This document shows positions 41,256-54,526 of a DNA stretch of 64,000 bases, piece after piece. Position 1 is the first letter of the stretch; each line of letters opens with the position of its first letter. Below the pieces are notes generated by a model that had not been told where the DNA came from, did not search any database, and worked only from the letters and a program-made list of their open reading frames with translations. The DNA is from Octopus vulgaris (lineage: Eukaryota), in assembly GCA_951406725.2 (NCBI GenBank), contig OX597828.1:41540001-41604000 (forward strand), given 5' to 3'. The position numbers and the translations under genes were made by a program.

Positions 41256-42584
41256 TAATTTATATTTTATATTTAATTTCTATACATAATAACACTTCCA
41301 ATCAGTTAAGATCAGAAGCCACGAGAGCTCTTAACCACCACAGCATATAATATGCCCCTGGGCATATGGGCGCACGACCATTCACGTTGATCATATCGTC
41401 ATTACTGCTTTTATCGAGATTACTGTCGTTATTGTTAATGTTCTTGTTGTTACTGTTGTTATCCGCTTTGCTGTTCTTGTGGAGGCTCTTATTGTTGAAA
41501 CTGTTGTTGTTGTTGTTGTTGTTTGTTGCTGTTGTTCTTGTTACAGCAGCTGTCGTTGTTTTTGTTATTGCTGTTGTTGTTGTTATTGTTGCTGCCGTTA
41601 TCAATTTTACTGTTTTGTTGACATGACCTCTTGTACCCCGTATATTGTTTCAAGTTGACCTCATCGGAATGTCAATACCTGACAACTCTCTCTCTCTCTC
41701 TCTCTCTCTCACACTCACACACACGCACACACACTCTCTCTCTAACACACACGCACACACACACTCTCTCTCTCACACACACACACCCTCTCTCTCTGTC
41801 TAAGACACACGCACTCTCTATCTTATACACACAAACACACAGACACGCACGCACACACACAGACATTCACACACAGTATACTTGGATATACATACAGACA
41901 TAGACGCACGTACACACTCACACACACACACACATTCACACACGCACACTCACACACACACACACTCACACACTCACACACTCTCTCTCTAACACACGCA
42001 CTCTCTCTATCTTATGCACACACACACAAACATTCACACAGACACAGACACAGACACACAGACACACACATACGTATACTCAAAAACACACATACGCACA
42101 GAGATACATTCTCCCACACTTACACTCACAGATACACGTGCACACACGCATAAACACACGCTCAGTCATAGAGGGACGCACACACGCAAGCATACACATG
42201 CAGACGTATACACATACACACATACACTCACCCTCACATATACAGACAAACCTATGTTCATCCACTCATACATACGTGCACACGAACTCACACACACACA
42301 CACCAGAAACACACATACACACACACAGACATACGCACACACATCTTTATACACAGAGTCACGAATATAATAACAGGTTAGATACGTAATGTTCTGAGAT
42401 AGAAGTGAGAGGAGAGGAAAAGGCAGAGAAAGAAGGAGAAAGAAAAAGAGAGAGGGAGAAGGGGAGAGAGATGTGAGAGAGAAGGAGAGAGAGTGATACA
42501 GAAACAGAAATAGAAAAATATATGTGGGTTTGGTGATGTAAATAGGAAAATAGAACTCAAGACATGAGTAAAAGTATATTATAA

Positions 42585-42750
42585 TAGGCGCAGGCGTGGC
42601 TGTGTGGTAAGAAGTTTGCTTCGCAACCACATGGTACCAGGCTCAATCACATGGCGTGGCACCTTGCACAAATGTCTTCTACTATAGCCTCGGACCAACC
42701 AAAGCCTTGTGAGTTGATTTATCAAACAGAAACTGAAAGAAGCCCGTCAT
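42585..42750 (+). mobile_element. SINE family A, left monomer
   Basis: Head similarity. Confidence 0.85.
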
Positions 42751-42767
42751 ATATGTGTGTATGTATG

Positions 42768-42820
<53 letters not shown>

Positions 42821-43015
42821 CGGGAGGCTTTATGAAAATAAACAAAAGATAGGTGGAAAACAAACGAACAATTGTATTATATATATAAATAAAACAATAA
42901 CGTTTCGAGCCTACGCTCTTCAACAGAAAGATACACAGAGAGAAAAACACAGATATATATATGGTGGCACTCCGTCGGTTGCGACGACGAAGTTTCCGGT
43001 TGATACGATCAACGG

Positions 43016-43933
43016 AAGTTCTGGTGGAGCAGGACCCCTTTCGTCTGTTTTCCAGGCCATTTTGACTTGATTGCCTTTTGCAACTGCCTCAGCAATTTGG
43101 CATAATATTCTCCATTGATAGTATGGCCTTTCTGAAGGTAGTCAATGAACACAATTCCCTTTGTATCCCAGAGGAAATAGGCCATCATCTTCCCTGCCGA
43201 TGACACCACTCTGGCCTTCTTTAGTAGAGAGAAGACGGGTGTTTCCACTGCATGGACTGCCGTTTAGTCTCTGGCTCAAAGTGATGAACCCAACATCCAT
43301 CGTTCAAGAAAACCAGCTGGATTTGCTTCAAAAAGGTGTCAAATTCGCCTGCAACATGACCAGCCTGGTGTGCTTTTGATCGGGTGTCAAAAGTCATGAC
43401 ACCCACCGAGTGGAAGTCTTTGACATGCCAAGTTCGTTAAGCAGAATGTTCTCATCTCATTCACAAGAGATGCCTACACCATTTGCCATATGGTGAACAC
43501 GGTCGATATTTTCTTTGGCGGTGGCTGTGGCAGGACGTCCGGACTTTGGGTCATTTCCAAGACTCACCGTAAACCTCTTGAATTCAGTTGCTCACTTTAG
43601 CACAGTTGATAAAGCTGGAGCATCATCCCCCAATGTAGCTACCATATCAGCATGAATGTCCTCGGAGGCTAACCCCTTTTTCTGCATATATTTGATAACA
43701 CAACGGGGCCAAATGTTATCCATCTTCACGAAATGTTTCTAGTACCACTTTTCCAAGTCCTCAATTCTGTATCCAATGTGGGCTTATCTGAAAAGAAAAA
43801 AATGCAGTTAGCATCAGTAAAGGTTGGACATAATGCATGCCAAGTTTAATTACTGTATGATAACACCTTCTTAGCCTATGAACTTAGCCTATGAACTTCT
43901 TAGTCAGCCTATGAAATTTTCAGTCCACCCCCG
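43016..43933 (-). pseudogene. Decayed, 3'-truncated mariner transposon with left TIR
   Basis: TA-CGGGGGTGGACTGAAAA end at 43933; ATG at 43723 (MDNIWPRCVIKY); decayed WVPRLL-like motif, WVHHFEPETKRQSMQW, SAGKMMA..WDTKGIVFIDYLQKGHTINGEYYA; frameshifted; cut at LLHQ by a SINE tail fragment (42965-43016). Confidence 0.9.
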
Positions 43934-44199
43934 TATGTAAAATTGGTATATCCAGTAATGTTACACTGCTATATTTAGTGGCTATTTAAGCAATGAGTTC
44001 GTAAATGCTTTAATGGGTTAGGTGGGTGTGGATGAAGGAGCAAAAATGCCTGGAATATGACATATGTACCCATTATCCATGTTTCAAATTGTTGTTTACT
44101 TCAGGCGTACCCTGATACGAAACGTCGTAAAAAAAAATCAGTGCTAGTGATAATCTCCTACAGAAAACTTGTGGAGATCACCTTAACAAGTCTTATTCT

Positions 44200-44271
44200 C
44201 ACTTGGGCGTTCCAATGGTAGAGCGACTGTCATGTTTACAGAAGATGCGGGTTCGAGTCCCGCGGGTAACC
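44200..44271 (+). pseudogene. tRNA-like sequence (SINE head or tRNA pseudogene)
   Basis: D arm CGTTC-CAATGGTA-GAGCG, anticodon arm CTGT-CATGTTT-ACAG, perfect T arm GCGGG-TTCGAGT-CCCGC; acceptor stem poor. Confidence 0.6.
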
Positions 44272-44349
44272 TTCGACATTTTCTATCCAAAATGGTTTTT
44301 GAATCAATGTTTACACGCTATTACTTATAGCTTTGTTTTCTTCGCATTA

Positions 44350-44433
<84 letters not shown>

Positions 44434-44598
44434 CCAGTGAAAAAAAAAAAGAATTATTTCTTATTTTCGAATTCTCGAAATTCTTTCGATGTCAAATATA
44501 TATATATATGAATGTATGTATACACATATATATGCATATATATAAATATATATATATTTATATATACATATATAAATATAAGTGTGTATATATATTAC

Positions 44599-44748
<150 letters not shown>

Positions 44749-45094
44749 ATACCTATTTATCTGTCTAAATATATAACACATTATTTCAACTGAGCATAAC
44801 TTTAATTCTGTTTGATGATCTCGACGGAATTTCTGGAAATAAACTTTCGATAGTCTGGAAGATTCTTTCAGGTTGAGAGGGCGGCATGTGTCGACGCAGC
44901 TTTACAAAGTTACACAAGAGTAAAGATTCGTTCACGCTTAAAAACCCGTTTTTGTTCTCTTAATTAAATCTATTAATATTTCAGTATCGATTTCAACACC
45001 GTGTTGAGAAATCAAGTCTGAGTTAATTTGTGATCTGACAGTTGCTGTGTCAATACAATCTAATTGGCAAGATACAGCACAATAATACACAGAG

Positions 45095-45162
<68 letters not shown>

Positions 45163-45936
45163 TGTGTGTATATATAAATACACACATAGATATATAGATG
45201 GATATATATATATATACACACGCACACACACACAAAACATATATACACACACACACACACACACATATATATATGTATACATACATATTGATATAAATAT
45301 GTGTGTATGCATATAGTTATACATAATACATGTATTAATATATACATGTGTGTATATATATGTGTATAAGTATGTATATATACATACAAGTGTATGTATA
45401 TATATATATATGTATAGATATTTATGTATATATATAAATAAATTATATATGTATGTGTGTATGTAAGTACTTATGTATCTATGATTGTATATATATATAT
45501 GGTATATATACATACACACACACACATATTGATGTATGCGCACCCTCGTGTATGTATATGTGTGCGTGCGCGCACCTAATCTTAATCTTCGACCTTTGTC
45601 TTACAATGTGAGCTTAATTCTATTCGTTTACGACGCTGTCTAATGGCGTATAAAGCGATTGGAAGTGAAGATATCAAAGTTAGCTTCGTATGAAAGCGAA
45701 ACAAACAACAACTTGGTGATAAACCAGCATCGTTATCACCGCCATCATCGTCACCTTGGTCGTCGTCGTCGTCGAAGCCCATCACCATCGCTATCGCCAT
45801 CATCATCATCATCGTCGTCATCATCGTCATCACCACATCATCATCATCATCATCATCATCATCGTCATCATCGTCATCATCATCATCATCATCATTGCTG
45901 TCGTAGTCGTCGCCATTGCCATAGTCGTCGTCGTCG

Positions 45937-45970
<34 letters not shown>

Positions 45971-46025
45971 GATCATCATCGTTGTCATCATCGTCGTCGT
46001 CATTATCATCATGATTATCAATATG

Positions 46026-46027
<2 letters not shown>

Positions 46028-46116
<89 letters not shown>
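46028..46116. repeat. (TATC)n, left flank of the retrotransposon
   Basis: Direct reading. Confidence 0.95.
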
Positions 46117-47605
46117 CTCGTCGCTTCTATACGTATTGACTCTCGAGCCATTATTGCGGAAGCTGGCAACCTTGAGAGGCATCCCGCGAGAACTGGGATG
46201 CGGGTCGAGCGTGTCTGCATACGCGGACGACGTCACCGTCATAGTGTCTAGCCACGAGCACATCGAGCAGGTCGGCGAGACACTGAAAAACTACGAAGCG
46301 GTGACAGGAGCGAAAATCAACCGGGAAAAGTCAGTGGGCTTGCGACTAGGCACCTGGAGAAGCAAGCCCATGCCGTCCACCAGCGCCTCCGTCGTGGGAC
46401 GCTGGACCGACGGCCCGGTTGAGTTGCTCGGGGTCTGGTTTGGTCCGGACCTCCAAGTGGAGAAGAACTGGAACGAGATAACGAGTAGGGTGGTCACTCT
46501 CGCCCGGCAATGGGCCGAGAGGAAACTGTCCCTAAAAGGTCGGGCGGAGGTGGCGAACACGTACATCGCGTCCGTCATCTACTACCGCCTGACCGTCGTA
46601 CCTTGTCCCGACCCTACCATCACCAAACTACAACGCATTCTCTTTCGCTTCTTGTGGAAAGGATGCGTCCCGATGGTCAGGCGATCCATTTGCTGTCAAC
46701 ACCCGTTAAAAGGAGGGCTGGGCATGCCGTGGTTGATGATGCGCAGACATGCGCTGAGACTGCGACATCTCTGGCTCTATGTAGACGACGGTGAACAGGT
46801 GTGGTCGCCGTTTGTGAGGCACGCTTTCCCGCAGCTCGTCTCCATGACCGAACTGCAGTCGTGGATCAAAAAGAGGCCGAAGAAGGGCGAATGGCACCGC
46901 GAGTGTCGCGTTGCTCTCAAGCAACTCTGCCGTCCTGGGTCGACCTTGAGTGACTTCAACACAACCAAAGCATTCTATAGGGGTTTAGTGGAGGGGAGGT
47001 ACGACGACGAGCTCGGGGCGAACCTGGACGTCGACGAGGAGTACCTGACCCGCCTGTTCAGGACGACTTTCGGGCCAGGGCCCATGGACAACTTCCAGAG
47101 ATCCCTGGCCTGGCAGTGCTACCGAGAAGCGCTACCCGTTCGGGATAAGCTCTACAGACACGGCTCGAGAAACACGGGGCCGACCTGCCCGAGATGCGGT
47201 CAGAGCGACGAAACCGTTCTGCACGCACTCGTGCAGTGTCCAACAATTTCCGACCTGTGGGCTTGTGTCGAACAACTGCTGTCACGTGTGGGACGAGTCG
47301 GTTTATCAGCTGAGTCTATCGTTAATATTGTCACGCCTCCCTCATTCAAACGGGAAGGAAGAGCTATTTTCATCATCCTTATGGCTATGGCGAAAGAATG
47401 TATCTGGTGGACGCGTCTGAAAGGATTGGAGACAAACACTTTCCTCTCTGGTCAATCTCTCATCAACTTCTTCAAGTACCACTTGAAAAGGAAAGTGAGA
47501 GTAGAGAGGCAAGTTTTGTCTAGCGAATGTTTTAAAAAAAGATGGGTGAATGTAGCAAGAATGGCACGTATGAATGACGAAGCCACCTTGAGCATGATCC
47601 TATGA
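46115..47605 (+). CDS. Partial ORF2 (496 aa, no start): RT C-terminal half plus CCHC zinc finger
   Basis: LSSLLYVLTLEPL (equivalent to PLSPLLF), YADD at 46220, GAKINREKS, LSLKGR, FLWKG, GGLGMP, C-X2-C-X8-H-X4-C at 47186-47239; no stops or frameshifts. Confidence 0.92.
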
Positions 47606-47974
47606 ACCCAGAAATTGAAAACAGAGAGTTGCTTATTTGCAAAAAAAAAAAAAAAAAAGAAATATAACATGTGACTCCATTGACCGAGGTTACCGTGGTC
47701 TTTTCCGTAGGCTTTTCTTTTCACGGGTAAACCTCACCTGTCCTCCCCTTTACACTTCATATTGACATTTCTGTGATAACGATCCCTATTGATCAATTTT
47801 TTTTTTCCTCTCCCCCTTTTTTTAACCCCCTTTTTTTTGTCCTCTTTCTCTCCTTTTACGATCCCTTTTGATCGAAACTCCCCCTTCCTTTTTTTTTTTA
47901 AACCTTCAAAAGAAAAGCTCTACCTTGTAATTTGTTCTATCTGTGTGCAGCCCTGTGTGGTTAATAAAGAAACA
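46115..47974 (+). mobile_element. 5'-truncated non-LTR retrotransposon, L1/Tx1 clade
   Basis: GC-rich ORF2 fragment plus ~370-bp 3' UTR ending AATAAAGAAACA, then (TATC)n; no poly(A) tail at the junction. Confidence 0.9.
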
Positions 47975-47988
47975 TATCTATCTATCTA

Positions 47989-48019
<31 letters not shown>

Positions 48020-48034
48020 TTTCCTTTTTTTTTT

Positions 48035-48244
48035 TTTTACATGTTTCAGTCATTTGACTGCGGCCATGCTGGAGCACCGCCTTTAGTCGAGCAAATCGAC
48101 CCCGGGACTTATTCTTTGTAAGCCCAGTACTTATTCTATCGGTCTCTTTTGCCGAACTGCTAGGTGACGGGGACGTAAACACACCAGCATCGGTTGTCAA
48201 GCAATGCTAGGGAGACAAACACAGACACACAAACACACACACAC

Positions 48245-48308
<64 letters not shown>

Positions 48309-48466
48309 GACAGGCTTCTTTCAGTTTCCGTCTACCAAATCCACTCACAAGGCATTGGTCAGCCCGGGGCTATAGTAGAAGACACTTGCCCAAGATGCCA
48401 CGCAGTGGGAGTGAACCCGGAACTATGTGGTTGGTTAGCAAGCTACTTACCACACAGCCACTCCTC
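48035..48466 (-). mobile_element. SINE family A
   Basis: Near full length. Confidence 0.9.
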
Positions 48467-48610
48467 TGTTTCCTTTTCTCTCTTTGTCTTTTTATCTATC
48501 TAGCCATCTATCTGTCTGTCTGTTATCTATCTGTCCAAATGTATGGAATGCAGACATAAACACACACACATACACAACGAATACACATAGATTATGCAAC
48601 TACGCACGTG

Positions 48611-48649
<39 letters not shown>

Positions 48650-49006
48650 TGTGTGTGTATACTTAAATATATCTTTCTATACACTCGTTCACATAGGTCT
48701 ATATGTTCGGTGGTCGGAGCAGGGAAGGATTACCAACACGAGGGCCTTTTCCTAAAGTATTTGAAATTAAATAGTTAATTTTTTTTCTTTTGAAATACTT
48801 TGAAATCAGTCGTTAAGCTTTTGAAGTTGACAACAGAGACATATTTGTTATTGCTGTTGTTGTTGCTTGGTGTGGTGTGTTTGTTGGTGGTATATATAAG
48901 GATTGTAGTGGCGGGGCAGAGAAGGAGACCTGCAGCTGGGGATGTAGTCTGCCTACAAAGAAATAGATGTAGACACACTATTTACAAATGTGTGTTCATA
49001 AATGTG

Positions 49007-49048
<42 letters not shown>

Positions 49049-49202
49049 TCGACATCTTTCAGATCCACTCACAACGTCTTGGTCGTCCAAGGTGCCACGC
49101 AGTGAGACTGAACCTGGAACCATGTGGTTAGCGAACGAGCTTCTTACTATACAACCACGCCTGCGCCTATACATATGATTTATAAGATAGGGACATAATC
49201 AT

Positions 49203-49588
49203 AAGGTGCAGGAGTGGCTGTGTGATAAGTAGCTTGCTAACCAACCACATGGTTCCGGGTTCAGTCCCACTGCGTGGCATCTTGGGCAGGTGTCTTCTGC
49301 TATAGCCTCGGGCCGACCAATGCCTTGTGAGTGGATTTGGTAGACGGAAACTGAAAGAAGCCTGTCGTATATATGTATGTGTGTGTTTGTGTGTCTGTGT
49401 TTGTCCCCCTAGCATTGCTTGACAACCGATGTTTATGTCCCCGTCACTTAGCGGTTCGGCAAAAGAGACCGATAGAATAAGTACTGGGCTTACAAAGAAT
49501 AAGTCCCAGGGTCGATTTGCTCGACTAAAGGTGGTGCTCCAGCATGGCCACAGTCAAATGACTGAAACAAGTAAAAGAGTAAAGAGTA
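49203..49588 (+). mobile_element. SINE family A, full length
   Basis: Head to tail. Confidence 0.9.
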
Positions 49589-49816
49589 TAAGATGATTAT
49601 ATCAGTGGCCTAGCATTTCAAAAATGACTGTATAGGCAATATTAATTTTTTCGCGTATATAATTTAATTATAAAGATATAATTATAGTTAAGGGCTACTG
49701 GAAATGACCAGCGCCAATGCGAGAAATAGGTGTCAAATACCTACAATCCACGCTATAATTTGTTCTCTATATAGAACTCTGTACTTATATCTTTATAATT
49801 ATATACGTGAAAATAT

Positions 49817-49961
49817 GTAGCTTGCTAACCAGCCACATGGTTCCGGGTTCAGTCCCACTGCGTGGCATCTTGGGCAAGTAAGTGTCTTATGCTATAGCCC
49901 CGGGCCGACCAATGCCTTGTGAGTGGATTTGCTAGACGGAAACTGAAAGAAGCCTGTCGTA

Positions 49962-50028
<67 letters not shown>

Positions 50029-50231
50029 TTGTCCCCCTAGCATTGCTTGACAACAGATGCTAGTGTGTTTGCGTCCCCGTCACTTAGCGGTTCGGTAAAG
50101 GAGACCGATAGAATAAGTACTGGGCTTACAAAGAATAAGTTTCCGGGGTCGATTTCCTCGACTAAAGGCGGTGCTCCAGCATGGCCACAGTCAAATGACT
50201 GAAACAAGTAAAAGAGTAAAAGAGTAAAAGA

Positions 50232-50233
<2 letters not shown>
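49817..50233 (+). mobile_element. SINE family A, slightly 5'-truncated
   Basis: Tail (TAAAAGAG)n. Confidence 0.9.
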
Positions 50234-50578
<345 letters not shown>

Positions 50579-50858
50579 ACACATGTATATAATTTTCATA
50601 AGGGAAAGGCTGACAGTGATATTACGGCTTGCTCGCAGACATTAGACACACCGATGGAGAGAAGCAAGCCAAAACTTCGAAGTTACTGTAAACCTTGTCT
50701 TTTTAAAAGTTAATCAACACGTACCCTACTGACAAGTATTGAATAATCTTACAGTTTAATGTTAAATTGTCTTTATATATAAGCTGACATGAAAACACAA
50801 GCATTATTTATTATCTAACTCGACCTATCATCTGTTTGTGTATCTATTTACCTCTTTG

Positions 50859-50990
<132 letters not shown>

Positions 50991-51027
50991 GGCCACAATA
51001 AAAAGTTATCTATCTATCTATCTATCA

Positions 51028-51101
<74 letters not shown>

Positions 51102-51175
51102 GTTTGGGTCTCTTCTTTGATTTTTACCGCCCTCTCTTTCGCCGTCTTTGTCTTTCTATCTTTACGTGCATGTTA

Positions 51176-51247
<72 letters not shown>

Positions 51248-51606
51248 CACTTCTACCATTACTAAACTCACCTGTGAAATCGTAGCTGAAGTAATTTTTT
51301 ACACTTAAAATGTTATTAAACACGGATTATGAAACTTAGAAAAATCACAATTAAACTCTGTTAAACATTCACTTTAGCTAATTCCATATAAGACCCCTGT
51401 ATAAGCTGAAACTCGAACATACGGATGTAAATGTGTTGGCTACAACTCGTTTCTACTCGTTTCTACTCGTTTCTAACTTCATAACAGAATATAACATTAC
51501 ATTTGTTGACATATTATGCACTCAGAAAGTTTGAGAACGTAAAATAGGTTTTTGGAGACTTTATTTTCTTCGAGATCCGCCTATCAAAAGAAGATATATA
51601 TATATA

Positions 51607-52013
51607 TACTCTTTTACTCTTTTACTTGTTTCAGTCATTTGACTGCGGCCATGCTGGAGCACCACCTTTTAGTCGAGCAAATAGACCCCTGGACTTATTC
51701 TTTGTAAGCCCAGTACTTATTCTATCGGTCTCTTTTGCCGAATCGCTAAGTGACGGGGACGTAAACACACCAGCATCGGTTGTCAAGCAATGCTAGGGGA
51801 ACAAACACAGACACAAACATATTCACACACACTTATATATATATATATACGACGCTCTTCCTTCAGTTTCCGTCTACCAAATCCACTCACAAGGCTTTGG
51901 TCGGCCCGAGGCTATAGCAGAAGACACTTGCCCAAGGTGCCACGCAGTGGGACTGAACCCGGAACCATGTGGTTGGTAAGCAAGCTACTTACCACATAGC
52001 CACTCCTGCGCCT
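51607..52013 (-). mobile_element. SINE family A, full length
   Basis: Head to tail, within (TA)n. Confidence 0.92.
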
Positions 52014-52024
52014 ATATATATATT

Positions 52025-52790
52025 ACCCGGAAGTAATTCCTCACCTTCCTCCCCCTTCTCGGAACTTTCCCAGAAGTAATTCTCCCCCTCTGAAATACCC
52101 GGAAGTAATTCCTCCCCTTCCTCCACCGCCCCGGAACTTTTCTGGAAGTAATTCCTTCCCTTCCCCACTCCACGGAACCTGGATGTAATTCTTCCCCTAC
52201 ACGGAAGTAAGTCCTCTATATCCTCGGAAATGGAGTGGGAGGAATGACTTCTGTGTAAGTTCCGTGGAGCGGGAGGAAGGGGTGTAAATACTTCCAGGAA
52301 AGCTCCGGGGAGGCGGGAAGGGGCGGAAGGGGGGAGGGGAAGGAGTTCCTGTTAAGTACCGAGGTGGATTGATGGGATAAAGGGAAATAGCTGGAAGGAT
52401 TTCCAGGAAAGTTCCTAAGAGGGAGGAGGGGAATGACTTCCTGGAAAGTTTCGAGGTGATGGGGAAGGGGAGGAACGTGAGGAAGGGAAGGAGTTCCTGG
52501 AAAGTGCCGAGGAGGGGAAGTAGTTCCTGGAAAGTTCAGAGGAGGGGGAAGGGGAGGAAGCGGAGTAGAGGGAAGGACTTCTTGGAAAGTTTCTAGGAGG
52601 GGAAGGGGAGGAAGTGGAGGTGACTGAAGGACTTCCTGGAAAGTTCCGAGGAATGGGAGGATGGGTAGCGGGAAGGACTTCCTGGGAAGTTCTGAGGAGG
52701 AGAGAGGGGAAGTGGAGAGGAGGGAGGACTTCCTGGGAAGTTCCGTAGAGAGGGAAGGACTTTCTGGAAAGTTCCGAAGAAGGGGAAGGG
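52025..52790. repeat. GGAACTTTCCAGGAAGT array, ~6 units forward then ~12 units reverse
   Basis: Direct reading; orientation switches near 52220-52240. Confidence 0.85.
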
Positions 52791-53272
52791 CATTTTTCCT
52801 TAGATTGACACCCAAACCTTCTGAAATGTTCGTTTTGGAGCTTCCGACGCGAATGCGAATGTGAAGTAGTATAGCAAGTCGTTTCCAAATTTATGGCTGA
52901 GTGAATAGCGTCATGGTGCTGTTTTTCGTACAGACAGTGCCCAACTGACCGTACTGTACTGTGTTGGCGACAAAAGCAAAATCAAACAATGCGCATGCGC
53001 GAAATTCAAAATATAGAATGGCGACAATTTACCCATCGCACCTCGGATGCCTTTAAATCATTATATGGCATCACCATGGTATTTAGAGTTTACTCGGAAA
53101 TCCCAAGCTTTACTAATGATTTCTACACGGCCTGACGATATACAGAGTCAAACTTATTTTTATAAGGTCTACAAATCCTAATTAGAGATCTTTATTGTGC
53201 TCCCGGTGTAAGGATTTCAAGTACCCCCCTATTTCAAGCTACCTCCCGGTAATCTGAAACCGATTTCAAATT

Positions 53273-53692
53273 ACCTATTTCTTTATTACCTACAAGGGGC
53301 TAAACACAGAGGGGGCAAACAAGGACAGACATAGGTATTAAGTCGATTACATCGACCCCAGTGCGTAACTGGTACTTAATTTATCGACCCCGAAAGGATG
53401 AAAGGCAAAGTCGACCTCGGCGGAATTTGAACTCACAACGTAAAGACAGACGAAATACCTATTTCTTTACTACCCACAAGGGGCTAAACACAGAGGGGAC
53501 AAACAAGGACAGACATAGGTATTAAGTCGATTACATCGACCCCAGTGCGTAACTGGTACTTAATTTATCGATCCCGAAAGGATGAAAGGCAAAGTCAACC
53601 TCGGCGGAATTTGAACTCACAACGTAAAGACAGACGAAATACAGCTAAGCATTTCGCCCGGCGTACTAACGTTTCTGCCAGCTCGACCACCG
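53273..53692 (-). mobile_element. SINE family B dimer
   Basis: Two near-identical 184-bp units plus head. Confidence 0.92.
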
Positions 53693-53781
53693 CGCTGTTC
53701 ACATTACACTGTCAATGATTTTGCTAAAATAATTCTAAGACTTACTACTCCTGCTATTTTTATAACATTAAACACGGATTA

Positions 53782-54118
53782 AAAAAAAAAAAAAAAGACT
53801 CCGCCGGTTACGACGACGAGGGTCCCAGCTGATACGATCAACGGAACAGCTTGCTCGTGAAATGAACGTGCAAATGGCTGAGCATTCCACAGACACGTGT
53901 ACCCTTAACGTAGTTCTCGGGGATAATCAGCGTGACACAGAGAGTGACAAGGCTGATCCTTTGAAATACAAGTACAACTCATTTTTGCCAGCTGAGTGGA
54001 CTGGAGCAACGTGAAATAAAGTGTCTTGCTCAAGGACACAACGCGTCGCCGGGAATCGAACTCACAACCTTACGATCATGAGCCGAATGCCCTAACCACT
54101 AAGCCACGCGCCCTCACC
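53782..54118 (-). mobile_element. OR2-like CORE-type SINE, full length
   Basis: A/B boxes, TTGTGTCCTTGAGCAAGACAC body, tail X; 12-bp TSD AAACACGGATTA (53770-53781, 54119-54130). Confidence 0.92.
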
Positions 54119-54526
54119 AAACACGGATTACATTCAAGATTGTTAACTAATCTTAAAATATGAAAATAAGACAAACATGAGACTTTAAAAAAAATTTGTG
54201 ATGCGCTGAAAAAAACAAACATGTCGACTACCAGTTTTGCAATTTTTTAAAAACAAAAGCATTATATATTTTTTGTTTATGAGAAAGCGATTTGGATTAG
54301 AGTATTTCTTTTTTGTTTTTTTGTATAGATATGTAGCAGATGGCTGTTGTTTATAGTGGACTGAGGTGAGTTGACAGAATGTAACGATGAGAGATTGATT
54401 TGAAGAACGATATGTGTTTTATATATAAGCGAAATTTATTTATACATTTTAAATTGGTAACGAAATGTATTTATATACATTAAAACATTTCTGCAGTTTT
54501 TTTTTTATTATTTGGGACTTGGGTAT

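Noticed and set aside
44200-44271. Functional tRNA gene
   Set aside because: Acceptor stem does not pair and the anticodon loop lacks the conserved U33 pattern; kept only as tRNA-like
45659-46114. His/Arg-rich N-terminus of the 648-aa ORF
   Set aside because: In-frame read-through of (CAT/CGT)n and (TATC)n microsatellites from a non-ATG start; not part of the retrotransposon protein
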